Part shown: one piece after another, positions 27,013-36,113 of the stretch | How positions within the stretch are numbered: the first letter of the stretch is position 1 | Layout of the letters: each line of letters opens with the position of its first letter | Position numbers and translations under genes: made by a program | Assembly: GCA_016930485.1 (NCBI GenBank) | Contig: JAFGGP010000030.1 | Span: 2,745 to 66,744, forward strand | Length of the DNA stretch: 64,000 nucleotides | From: Candidatus Omnitrophota bacterium | GTDB lineage: Bacteria > Omnitrophota > Gorgyraeia > JAFGGP01 | Direction of reading: 5' to 3' | Notes under the pieces: generated by a model | The model's input: only the letters and a program-made list of their open reading frames with translations | Told to the model about the DNA's origin: nothing | Database searches by the model: none

Positions 27013-27176
27013 AGGGAGAATAATGGGAAAATTAGTACGGTGTAGGGCTCTTTATAAAAAAATGGGCTATTTTTGCATTAAATTGCTATAATTTTATATT
27101 TATTGACTATTTTTGTTATTTTTTAAATTTTAGGGATTTGTGTAAATTTCCCTTTACAGATGGTGTTAAAACGAAG

Positions 27177-27212
27177 TTATCCACAACCTAGGTCACACTT
27201 AAGTGTGACCTA
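27177..27212 (-). repeat. REP-like palindromic element, copy 1 (inverted relative to copies 2/3)
   Basis: ttatccacaacctaGGTCACACTTAAGTGTGACCta. The core is a perfect 20-bp palindrome. It is the reverse complement of the elements at 49804-49840 and 50472-50507. Confidence 0.85.
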
Positions 27213-27402
27213 CTGTGAGGGTGGTGGTGTGGGATAAAAATGTGGGGAATATCTAACTAACTCTTTTAGTTCCGAAATTTCAATTCCGGGAACTAAACGT
27301 TGGATGTTAGATTTTGGGGATTAAAAACCTTTCAACACCCGGTGTTGAACGTCGGGTGTTGGAAAAGAGTGCGGGGGAATCATTGGGGATAAAAGTCTCC
27401 TT

Positions 27403-27444
27403 CAACCCCCCGGAGTCGCCTCCCGGAGGCGACTCCGGGGGTTG
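27403..27444 (-). terminator. Strong GC-rich hairpin downstream of accA (candidate terminator)
   Basis: caaccccccggagtcgcctcc / cggaggcgactccgggggttg forms a ~20-bp stem. On the minus strand it is followed by AAGGAGACTTTTAT (weak U-tract). It lies 95 nt after the accA stop. Confidence 0.4.
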
Positions 27445-27538
27445 GCTTCGGGGTTAACTGAGAATTAAAAAAGGAGAGGCTGAGAAATAATAAATGAGGA
27501 TAATACAAATCTCGGAAGAGAGTAAGGGGTAAAGCGGA

Positions 27539-28507
27539 TTACTGGGTGGTGTCTTCTTGAAATACGCCCATCCTGCGGAATTTCTGGTACCGTGCCTCAA
27601 GAAGATCGTCGATAGACAGCTGTTTTAATTCACTAAGAGCAGCGAGGATCGTTTCCTGCAATAATTCTGCGGCGCGTTCCGGATCGCGGTGGGCCCCTCC
27701 GAGAGGTTCAGGAATTATATCATCAATAATGCCCAATTGTTTGAGGTCGGGTCCGGTCAGCTTCAGGGCCTGCGCAGCCTCGGGCGCCCGCGCCCGATCC
27801 TTCCAGAGGATTGCCGCGCATCCCTCAGGAGAGATTACCGAATAATAGGCATTCTCCATAATATAGACGCGGTCACCGATCCCGATGCCCAGGGCCCCGC
27901 CTGAGCCGCCTTCGCCGATAACAACAACCACAATCGGCGTCTTAATCTTGAAAAACTCAAGGAGATTGTCCGCGATGGCAAGTGCCTGGCCCCGCTCTTC
28001 TGCGCCGATACCCGGATAGGCGCCCGGTGTGTCAATTAGACAAACAAGCGGCAGAGAAAACTTTTCTGCCATCTTCATAAACCGGAGCGCCTTGCGGTAT
28101 CCCTCGGGGTGGGCACTGCCGAAATTTCTGTAGAGGTTTTCCTTGATGTCCTTTCCCTTCTGGTGCCCGCAGATCATGACCTTCTGGGTCCCGATGGTAC
28201 CAAGGCCGCCGACAAGCGCCTTGTCATCCGCGAAGGCCCTGTCACCATGCAGCTCAATAAAATTCTTCACCATAAGCGAGATATAATCATAGGTGTAGGG
28301 CCTGCGGGGATGCCGGGCTATAAGGACCCGCTGCCACGGGGTGAGCTTCTCATAGGTCTCCTTCTTCAGTCTTGCCAGTTTCTTCTGGAGATTGCCGATC
28401 TCCGAGGAGAGGTCAAGCTCGCCACTTTCGGTGAGGTGCTGCAGCTCCTCTATCTTATTCTCAAGTTCAACAATCGGCTTTTCAAAATCAAGAATGTTGT
28501 GCTGCAT
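27539..28507 (-). CDS. accA: Acetyl-CoA carboxylase carboxyltransferase subunit alpha
   Basis: 322-aa ORF. Full-length AccA pattern: LDFEKPI..LE.KI.EL, RHPRRPYTYDYI, GHQKG, FGSAHPEGYRKALRFMKMAEKF.LP, IDTPGAYPGIGAEERGQ, IGEGGSGGAL. Confidence 0.95.
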   Translation of the reverse strand: MQHNILDFEKPIVELENKIEELQHLTESGELDLSSEIGNLQKKLARLKKETYEKLTPWQRVLIARHPRRPYTYDYISLMVKNFIELHGDRAFADDKALVGGLGTIGTQKVMICGHQKGKDIKENLYRNFGSAHPEGYRKALRFMKMAEKFSLPLVCLIDTPGAYPGIGAEERGQALAIADNLLEFFKIKTPIVVVVIGEGGSGGALGIGIGDRVYIMENAYYSVISPEGCAAILWKDRARAPEAAQALKLTGPDLKQLGIIDDIIPEPLGGAHRDPERAAELLQETILAALSELKQLSIDDLLEARYQKFRRMGVFQEDTTQ

Positions 28508-28521
28508 AACTTAGTTCCACT

Positions 28522-28643
28522 GGTTAGCGGATTCTCCGGGTTCACGGGTTCAAAAATAGTTCTTCGGGTTACTCGGGTTGCACGGGCTATGCGGGTTCTT
28601 TTTTAAACTCGAGTAACTCGCGAACTCGTCGAACTCATGAACT
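28522..28643. repeat. Intergenic array of 9-nt-periodic CGGGTT units and inverted GAACTCG units
   Basis: ttcgggtta ctcgggttg cacgggcta tgcgggttc - ttttttaaa - ctcgagtaa ctcgcgaac tcgtcgaac. Lies between the accA start and the ldt stop. Confidence 0.6.
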
Positions 28644-28659
28644 AATTATTGGGCATCGC

Positions 28660-29628
28660 TTATTCAATAATCACCACTTCGGTCCCGATCGATAAAATGG
28701 CGTACAACTCCTCGACATCAGCATTCCTCATACGGATACAGCCCTGGGTGACATTCTGGCCTATTGAATCAGGGTCTGTCGTACCGTGAATGCCGTAGCC
28801 CGGTTTCGAAATTCCCAGCCATCGCGAACCCAGGATGTTATCCGGACTCTCCGGAGGGACAATCGCGCCGGCTTTATACCATACCGGGTCACTGAGTTTA
28901 TTGACGATGGTAAACTCTCCCTGCGGGGTAAAGTTATCTTTGCCGGTTGCCACGGTATATGTCTTGATAACGTCTCCGTTCGCCTTCAGGAATAATGTAT
29001 TAAGTGACTTATCTACAAGAACGCTGAACTTTGAGCCGGGAATTTTCAGGTTGTCGCCCACCCTGATAAGATCCCCTGTCAATCCATTTGCCCTTCTGAG
29101 TAACTCCACCGAAACGTTAAACTGCTGGGCGATCTTTCCAAGCGTGTCGCCGCTCTGCACCTCATACCGGATATCGTTTCTCTCCTCGTCGATAACCTTC
29201 GAGAAGAGAATCTTCATGTTAACACTCTCCCATTTTTCCTGAATCTCGGAAATGAGTACCGTATTCGGATAGTCTCTTAAAATAGTCTGATAAGCCCCTT
29301 TTATGCCGAGGAGATTGTTCCTCGCCTCATAGATATCCGCCTTGAGGAGCAGAAGTGCAACCACATCCTCTATATTTTCTGTATCTTTAGCAAAATCAGG
29401 AAGTTGCGAATCTATCAAAGCGACCGCCTCATCAAAATTTCCCTCGGCCATCAGTTTTTCGGCCTTCTGAAGAAGCGACATGCTCGGTGCCGAAAGCGTC
29501 ACGCGAAGAGGCGCTGCCTGAGGAAGCGGTTTCACATCCCCGGTAGTAAACCGCCGTGTATTGGCAACGTAGATAAACAGTAAAACCGCCGCCAGTATAA
29601 TAACAATAGTCACCATCCGTCGAGACAT
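28660..29628 (-). CDS. L,D-transpeptidase (YkuD) with LysM domain and N-terminal TM anchor
   Basis: TM IVIILAAVLLFIYV; LysM YEVQSGDTLGKIAQQFNVSVELLRRANGL; YkuD catalytic HGTTDPDSIGQNVTQGCIRM. Confidence 0.9.
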   Translation of the reverse strand: MSRRMVTIVIILAAVLLFIYVANTRRFTTGDVKPLPQAAPLRVTLSAPSMSLLQKAEKLMAEGNFDEAVALIDSQLPDFAKDTENIEDVVALLLLKADIYEARNNLLGIKGAYQTILRDYPNTVLISEIQEKWESVNMKILFSKVIDEERNDIRYEVQSGDTLGKIAQQFNVSVELLRRANGLTGDLIRVGDNLKIPGSKFSVLVDKSLNTLFLKANGDVIKTYTVATGKDNFTPQGEFTIVNKLSDPVWYKAGAIVPPESPDNILGSRWLGISKPGYGIHGTTDPDSIGQNVTQGCIRMRNADVEELYAILSIGTEVVIIE

Positions 29629-29651
29629 TCATCCTCCCCCGTGTTATGCGT

Positions 29652-30104
29652 TTATTGCGAATAAAATGTGACCGCGATCCCAAATCCGATACACGCACCG
29701 ATCAGTACCTGAATAGGCGTGTGTCCCAAGAGTTCTTTTACCCGCTCTTCTTTGATGCCGCGATTGAAGTAGATATCATCGAGAATCTTGTTTAGCACCT
29801 CGGCCTGCATACCGCTTGCCCGCCTTACTCCCTGCGCATCAAACATCGTAATGAGGGCAAAGATCAGTGTGACGGCAAATATAAGCGAGTCAAATCCGGT
29901 GGTGAAACCGACCGATGTTGCCAGGGCGCTCACGCCGGCTGCGTGCGAAGACGGCATGCCGCCCGTTCCCACAAACCATTTAAAGTTAAACTTCTTCTCA
30001 CGAATAATTCCCAAAAAAACCTTGATGCACTGGGCTATCATCCAGGCACTGATCGTTACCCAGAAAATCTTATTGTAAAAAATGTAAAAAACAGTGTTCT
30101 TCAC
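29652..30104 (-). CDS. Divergent PAP2 / DUF212 (YuiD-like) membrane protein
   Basis: GGMPSSHAAGVSALATSVG ... FDAQGVRRASGMQAEVLNKI is characteristic of the acid phosphatase/vanadium-haloperoxidase-related DUF212 family. Confidence 0.8.
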   Translation of the reverse strand: MKNTVFYIFYNKIFWVTISAWMIAQCIKVFLGIIREKKFNFKWFVGTGGMPSSHAAGVSALATSVGFTTGFDSLIFAVTLIFALITMFDAQGVRRASGMQAEVLNKILDDIYFNRGIKEERVKELLGHTPIQVLIGACIGFGIAVTFYSQ

Positions 30105-30275
30105 GCCGATGGCTCCCTGCTCTTTACGTCTTGGTGGGAATGTGGAAACAGTTGAATTGCGCTAGAGAACCCCGTTCTTTGAACAGCCCTTGCCGGCAAC
30201 CGCCCTCTCCGATCATCGGTTCTTGCAGACAAAAACCTCTGATTGTGCTCCGCGGCTTTCTTGAACGAGGTCCAT

Positions 30276-30920
30276 TTACAAATCGGCAGGCAATACCTTG
30301 ACGTCTATCTTTTTATCGAGAGTCGACTGCCCTCCCCTGACCACGTATCCGCGATTGCCCAGAGATAACCCTAATCGATCTTCCGCCGCAAGCGCCCGTT
30401 CTCTTGCCTGGCGCGCCTCCTTGCCGAAATTCCACAGCAATCCTTTTTGCGTGGCGATGTTCTGAAGACGGCCTTCGAGCTTCAGTCGCTCTTCCTCCAG
30501 CTCGCGCTTTGCAACGGTCAGCGCCGCCAATTGTGCGGCGAGATCCGCCTGATCCGCCCATAACGTACCCATACTCGACCGTGCCTCCTTCAGCAGAGTC
30601 TCGGTCTCATCTAATCGCATCTTGAGATCGGCAATCTCTTTCCTTAACTGTTCCTTTTCCCGTACCGCCTCCTGGACGTCTGCCTCACAGAGTACCGAAC
30701 GGGTCCGCTCCTTCTCGAGCAGCGTTTCGTACTGCAACCGTTCTACCTCATATTCAGAGACAGAGAGGCGCATGCTCTCGATCGCCAACTCCATATTGCT
30801 CAGCGCCTCTTCAATCGTATCCCGTTCATTTTTGATATGGAAATAATTAAAAAAGGTCAGGCCTGCTAAACTGAGGGATGTGAACAGGATAAGCCAATAA
30901 ATAATTACCTTGGCCCGCAT
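30276..30920 (-). CDS. Membrane-anchored coiled-coil protein, function unknown
   Basis: TM VIIYWLILFTSLSLAGLTFF followed by an E/L/R/K heptad-rich sequence. The start was moved to ATG 30920; the track start 31001 adds a non-hydrophobic leader. Confidence 0.55.
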   Translation of the reverse strand: MRAKVIIYWLILFTSLSLAGLTFFNYFHIKNERDTIEEALSNMELAIESMRLSVSEYEVERLQYETLLEKERTRSVLCEADVQEAVREKEQLRKEIADLKMRLDETETLLKEARSSMGTLWADQADLAAQLAALTVAKRELEEERLKLEGRLQNIATQKGLLWNFGKEARQARERALAAEDRLGLSLGNRGYVVRGGQSTLDKKIDVKVLPADL

Positions 30921-31358
30921 TACACCCCCATTGGTAAGTCTGGTTAGAGTTACCCGCGGCGACTGACAGGTCCCTGTCCTTTTAGCGGCACTAAATGGCA
31001 TATTCCCGCTGATGCCAGCTGTTTCTCTACCAGAATAAGCCCGCCGCTAACAGACTGCAAGGTTTAACGTTATGTAATTCTACACTAAGGGGCTAAAAAA
31101 AACAAGAATTCTTTTGGAAGACATAATGAAAGCACCACGCAATGGTCTATAAATGCAATGGTTGCGGAAATAGAGAGTGTGATAAACCGGGACGCTCTGG
31201 CGCTGCTTACCATGCAGGGTCCCGGGGGAAAATGGGATTGACAGCGGCATAGAAATATGATAAAGATAGTATACTTGTGGTGTTGTTGCAGCCTTTCCTT
31301 GACGTACGCCATCCATCATACAAGCCCCTCAAAAGCCCGTATACTCTCTCTAACAGTA

Positions 31359-32429
31359 ATGGTCGCTACGTTATTCGGTGGTTATACGCTCGGCATCGAC
31401 GGCTTTCGTGTCTCGGTAGAGGTGGATATCTCGGACGGACTCCCCTCAGTAACGGTTGTGGGACTTGCCAATACCGCGGTGAAAGAGGCCCGCGACCGGG
31501 TAAAGAGCGCTATTAAAAATAGCGGCTTTAAATATCCTGCCAGCAAGATCACCGTCAATCTGGCACCTGCCGATGTAAAAAAGGAAGGTGCCCTCTTCGA
31601 CCTGCCTATCGCCCTGGGAATTCTCATATCATCAAACCAGCTGAGGCCCTTCCGGGATATCGGCCGATACTTCCTGTTCGGTGAGTTGTCACTCGACGGA
31701 AGCATACGGCCGGTCAGGGGTATACTGCCTCTGGTGCTCTCCCTTAGCAAATACGGTAAAGCATTTATTCTCCCTGAACAAAATGTCGCCGAGGCAAGCA
31801 TAGCAAATAAGCTGGACATCCTTGGCGTGAAAAATCTGAAGGAAGTGGTTCTATTTTTAGAAAAGAAATCAGATATTCTTCCTCTACGGGTCAACCCTGA
31901 TGAGTCTGCCGCACGGCATCCGGCGACAGAAACTGATTTCTCCGAGATAAAGGGGCAACGATTTGTAAAACGGGCCCTTGAGGTTGCGGTGAGTGGCGGT
32001 CACAATATCCTGATGATCGGGCCGCCGGGAAGCGGCAAGACCATGCTCGCAAAACGTATCCCGACCATCCTGCCGCCTTTACCATACCCGGAGATGATCG
32101 AGACCACGAAGATTCACAGTATCTGCGGACTTCCGCACGCAACGCCCCTGGTGAGGAGTCGTCCTTTCAGGGCGCCGCATCATACTATCAGTGACGTAGC
32201 CATGGTAGGCGGTGGCAGTATTCCCCGCCCCGGAGAAGTGAGTCTGGCCCATAACGGGGTGCTCTTTCTGGATGAGCTGCCCGAATTCCCACGTCATGTA
32301 CTGGAGGCCCTGAGAGAGCCGCTTGAGGAAGGTGCGGTGCTTATCTCTCGTGCACACTCCAGCATACACTTTCCCGCGCAGTTTATGCTGGTTGGGGCGA
32401 TGAATCCCTGCCCCTGCGGCTCGGAATGA
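31359..32429 (+). pseudogene. comM: comM/yifB (Mg-chelatase-like AAA+ competence protein), 5' fragment truncated by insertion
   Basis: [29 protein letters not shown].., Walker [14 protein letters not shown], Walker [10 protein letters not shown]. The fragment ends NPCPCG-SE* at the element junction. Confidence 0.9.
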
Positions 32430-34065
32430 CAACAAAGTGGAATCTGTCTCTCTTCTTGGAAAGGTCAGAATCGAGGAATAACTGCACTTCTAGATGAAAT
32501 TTTCTCAACTTGCGGTCATAGTTAACAATAATCTGGTTAACCAAAGTCCTAAGCTTTTCCTGCTTTTCCTCATCAGTCAGATTCTTCCACATCTGGGGAA
32601 GATTGCATAAATCCTCAAAGCTAGTCTGCAAAGCAATCTCCTGTAAATTAATCTCTTCGCCCTGAGAGGCTAATTCAGCCATCCTGTCTCTTATGGAATC
32701 AATTCTCTTCTTGTTCTCATCAAACCTCTCAACGAAAGTAGTATCATCAATAACCTTGTTCTCAAGTTTCTCAAGTAAGGTATTCCTAACCTCAACCAGC
32801 CTTTTTTCTTCCTGAACAAGCCTTTTCTTCTCATCGTCAAAATCAGACTTAACAGGCTTTGACTGTTGCCTTATCTCCTTAAGCATTTTCTGTTTATCAT
32901 TCAAGAATTTCTCATTCTTTGAAAGCTCAAGCAATGTCCTCATAACCTGCTCTTCTAAAACATACCCCGGCACAACCAATCCTTTGCAGACACTTCTTCC
33001 TTTCTGTATTGAGTTCTGGCATCTGTAATAGAAATATTTTTTATCATATGTTTTTTTGAAATAAAGATACCCGAACATTCCGCCCTTGCAATGTCCGCAT
33101 CTGGCAAGGCCTGCAAGCAAATAACTTTTTTTTGCTTTACTGGGCTTCATGTATTTCTGTTTTAACAACGCCTGCACTCTCTCAAACATATCTTCAGGAA
33201 TAATCCCTTCATGTTCTCCCTTAAATATTTTCCAAAGTCTAGGCTCAACATTCTTCAGCTTGCCTGTTCCAAGATCAGTCTTTCTCTTGCCATACCAAAC
33301 CTTGCCTGAATATGTCGGGTTAGTGAGAATCCGTCTGATAGAGGTTGCGGCCCAGGACAAGCCCTCAGGAGTTTTAATCTCTCTTTTGTTCAATTCATGG
33401 GTAACTCTTCTAAGACTTTTGCATTCAAGATAAAGCCCATAGATTTTTTCAACCAGCTCAGCATCTTTCTTAACAAGATACAATCTGCCTTTTTCAGGGG
33501 CGATTTTGTTAGCCTCTTTTAATGCCTCATCCTCGCTTAATCCTTTCTCAAGAAGCTTTCTTACCAGCTTGCCCTTAGTAACATATCCTAGAGGCACAAC
33601 TCCACCTGTCCATTTTCCTGCTAATGCCCTATGGTGCATGTCCGCACTTACTCGTTCAGAATCAATCTCCCTTTCCAGCTGAGCGATAGAGCCAAGAAGA
33701 TTAATAATGAATCTTCCCATCGGCCCGGTAGTATCAATGCTCTCGGTAAGGGAAACAAGCTTAACATTATGCCTCTGCAATTTCTCCATCAACTCAATCA
33801 AATCTTTCAAAGAGCGAGTGATCCTATCTAATCTTGTAACAATAACAACCTGAATCCTGCCTGCTTCAATATCATTCATTAACTCCTCAAAAGCAGGGCG
33901 TTTAGTATCCTTTGCAGAAATACCTTCATCCTTGTAGGGCTTGTTCTTGTAAAGCTCAAAACCCTGAGCCTTGCAATATTGCCTTAACCGTTCTTCCTGT
34001 GTCCTTAGTGAATCCCTGTCAATCTGCTGTGTTGTTGAAACTCTTACATAAGCTCCTGCCTTCAT
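32383..34065 (-). CDS. Large serine recombinase (integrase)
   Basis: [20 protein letters not shown] (catalytic Ser), [13 protein letters not shown], recombinase domain GGVVPLGY, Zn-ribbon [16 protein letters not shown], then a coiled-coil. The start is set at MKAGAY (the track start 34113 is 16 codons upstream). The last ~8-12 codons lie beyond attL in comM-antisense sequence. Confidence 0.9.
   Translation of the reverse strand: MKAGAYVRVSTTQQIDRDSLRTQEERLRQYCKAQGFELYKNKPYKDEGISAKDTKRPAFEELMNDIEAGRIQVVIVTRLDRITRSLKDLIELMEKLQRHNVKLVSLTESIDTTGPMGRFIINLLGSIAQLEREIDSERVSADMHHRALAGKWTGGVVPLGYVTKGKLVRKLLEKGLSEDEALKEANKIAPEKGRLYLVKKDAELVEKIYGLYLECKSLRRVTHELNKREIKTPEGLSWAATSIRRILTNPTYSGKVWYGKRKTDLGTGKLKNVEPRLWKIFKGEHEGIIPEDMFERVQALLKQKYMKPSKAKKSYLLAGLARCGHCKGGMFGYLYFKKTYDKKYFYYRCQNSIQKGRSVCKGLVVPGYVLEEQVMRTLLELSKNEKFLNDKQKMLKEIRQQSKPVKSDFDDEKKRLVQEEKRLVEVRNTLLEKLENKVIDDTTFVERFDENKKRIDSIRDRMAELASQGEEINLQEIALQTSFEDLCNLPQMWKNLTDEEKQEKLRTLVNQIIVNYDRKLRKFHLEVQLFLDSDLSKKRDRFHFVVIPSRRGRDSSPQPA
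32409..32434. other. attL of integrated element
   Basis: Core TGCCCCTGCGGCT (32409-32421) matches TGCCCGTGCGGCT at 49248-49260. The element-side arm is AATGACAACA (32425-32434). Confidence 0.8.
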
Positions 34066-34078
34066 CAAGAAATCCTTT

Positions 34079-34723
34079 CTAAGAATTTTTTCTTTGGGAT
34101 AACTCTTTTCCAAAAACCATCAACGCAGAATCAATTTCTTTTCTTGAGTATAATCTCCTATAGCGAGCATGAAGCGAATTAAAAAATCGGCTGTATGAAT
34201 CATAATAGCTATCTATTATTTTTTTGTTTAAAGACCCTTGCTGGATTCTCCCAGTTTTAAAATATTGAAATGCTCTGTATACATGTCGGTCAAAAAGAGG
34301 GAATTTCTCAGGATTACAGATATGACAGATAAAAAGCTGTATCACTGGCCCATTAGGAGAGATATATTTAAGGGTATCTTGAAAATCTTCTAATGACATC
34401 TGGCTTTTCTTGAAAAGGTTAATGTCATGCACTTTTTCAATGGCTCTTTTTATTAGCGACTGGTGTTTCTTGCTCAACTGCGCATATTTCCTTTTGCCTG
34501 CTAATTTCCAGCACAATATATCTCTTAATTTTGTGCTTATTAGCTGATGTGAATTAATTGCATCGAAATAAACTTGGAGATCATATTTTTCATTATCAAA
34601 TTGCCGTAAATACTCAAGCAATCCTATCTCAAACTTTTCTAGTCTTTTATTTATCATCTTAATAGTAGCAGGACTGATTTTTTTAAGGTTTCTAAACTCT
34701 TTATCTCTTTCCCCTATTTGCAT
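34079..34723 (-). CDS. Hypothetical protein
   Basis: 214-aa ORF co-oriented with the recombinase. No motif recognised with confidence. Confidence 0.5.
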   Translation of the reverse strand: MQIGERDKEFRNLKKISPATIKMINKRLEKFEIGLLEYLRQFDNEKYDLQVYFDAINSHQLISTKLRDILCWKLAGKRKYAQLSKKHQSLIKRAIEKVHDINLFKKSQMSLEDFQDTLKYISPNGPVIQLFICHICNPEKFPLFDRHVYRAFQYFKTGRIQQGSLNKKIIDSYYDSYSRFFNSLHARYRRLYSRKEIDSALMVFGKELSQRKNS

Positions 34724-34967
34724 CTTTAGGCCAGTAATACCTTACTTGTTTGGTAACCGCCAATTTCACCCCAATATCAAGAATTGATTTAAATGCCCGT
34801 GTTGCCGCTCTTTCGCTCAAGCCGCTTAACCTCGCCAGCTCTTCCAAATCAACCGCACTTCTCGGCGTTCCCTTCCTGGAAAGAAGAGCCATAAGAGAGC
34901 CAGCATCTTTGTCCAGTTTCGAAAGTTTAATATCCCAATCCTCCAACTCAGGCTTTTTCTTTTTCAC
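34701..34967 (-). CDS. Small wHTH-like protein
   Basis: 88 aa. SAVDLEELARLSGLSERAATRAFKSIL resembles a helix-turn-helix. Confidence 0.45.
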   Translation of the reverse strand: MKKKKPELEDWDIKLSKLDKDAGSLMALLSRKGTPRSAVDLEELARLSGLSERAATRAFKSILDIGVKLAVTKQVRYYWPKDANRGKR

Positions 34968-35256
34968 AAGCCGCTCCTTTCTGCATTAACTTATTCAAAT
35001 ATTTCAAATCAGCCTCAAGTAAAATATCAAGGACAGCATTAAGCCTTACAAACTCATCGCTGTTTTCTTTAATCTCGATTGTCCTGCAAGGCTGCATCTT
35101 TCTTGCCCTTCTCCATATCTCTTGCCTTTCAACTCCATAAATCCCGTTAGAATCAGCCCACTCACTAAAAAGAGGAAAAAGCTCTTTGCCTTCATTCTTA
35201 GAGGCATGATCCTTGAATGACACAACCTTTTCTTTATAGAAAGCTCTTTTATTCAT
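34948..35256 (-). CDS. Hypothetical protein
   Basis: 102-aa ORF overlapping its neighbour by 20 nt in the same operon-like block. Confidence 0.45.
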   Translation of the reverse strand: MNKRAFYKEKVVSFKDHASKNEGKELFPLFSEWADSNGIYGVERQEIWRRARKMQPCRTIEIKENSDEFVRLNAVLDILLEADLKYLNKLMQKGAACEKEKA

Positions 35257-35332
35257 GCTTCTCTATCTGTTTGTATTCTGTATCTTAATTATACAAAATA
35301 TAGAAAGATTGTCAAGAAAGAAATAGAAATGA

Positions 35333-35515
35333 TTAATCTTCAGATAGATATTTAATGCTCTTTAAGGATTCAAAAGGATAGTAATTAAACTTATATCCCT
35401 GATTATTTCCCTCTTCGTTTACTACTTCTTTTACTGCTCTGCATTCCTCATCTATATCTGCTTTCTCTACTGTTTTTGTTTGCTCGTCAATAAAAGTTAA
35501 TTCGTACCTTGCCAT
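35333..35515 (-). CDS. Hypothetical small protein
   Basis: 60-aa ORF from the track only. Confidence 0.3.
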   Translation of the reverse strand: MARYELTFIDEQTKTVEKADIDEECRAVKEVVNEEGNNQGYKFNYYPFESLKSIKYLSED

Positions 35516-35643
35516 TAAGTTTGAAGATAAAAAAGCCTTTTAAATATTATTATTAATAGGAAACTCTGTTTAATCCTTTTTATCACTCTCATTCAGTAGT
35601 AACAAATAGAAAGATTTATAAACTTCGTATCCTTATAAAAAGT

Positions 35644-36111
35644 ATGAGCCTTGATGAATTTTTGAAAGGAATAGAAGAGAACAGGAAGAAGGGCGAGGTA
35701 ATTATTTCAAGAAGAAAAATCCAGGAAATGCTCTCAGGCAAGATTGTTATTTATGAGTATATCAGCCCTGATGCGGAGAAATTAAGAGCTCAGTCTGCCC
35801 TTAAATTTGGACAAATCAAGCTCACTGGGAACAAGGCAAAAGATGATACTCTCTTATCTCTATATTCTGATGAAATAGTCCTCGAAACAAAAAAGGGATA
35901 TTACGGCGGCAGGCTCGATGCTTTTGATGGAAGTTATTTCCATCTTGGACAGCGTGTGTTTTCCGATAAGCCAATAGATTTTATTTCATACAGAAAGCAG
36001 CGTGGCACTAAAACCGAGATGGTTCCCGAGGATGAGGTTGTTACAATATACAAGATGCCTATAAAGAATACTGATGATTTTTATAGGACAAGGGTCAATC
36101 ACAAGAAGTGA
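35644..36111 (+). CDS. Hypothetical protein
   Basis: 155-aa ORF with no recognisable motif. Confidence 0.45.
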   Translation: MSLDEFLKGIEENRKKGEVIISRRKIQEMLSGKIVIYEYISPDAEKLRAQSALKFGQIKLTGNKAKDDTLLSLYSDEIVLETKKGYYGGRLDAFDGSYFHLGQRVFSDKPIDFISYRKQRGTKTEMVPEDEVVTIYKMPIKNTDDFYRTRVNHKK

Positions 36112-36113
36112 TT

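Noticed and set aside
31257-31358. The upstream extension of comM to ATG 31257, and the extension of the RAYT gene to GTG 49832.
   Set aside because: The extensions add Cys/Leu-rich or REP-encoded residues not found at the N-termini of these families. The internal ATGs 31359 and 49919 give canonical N-termini.
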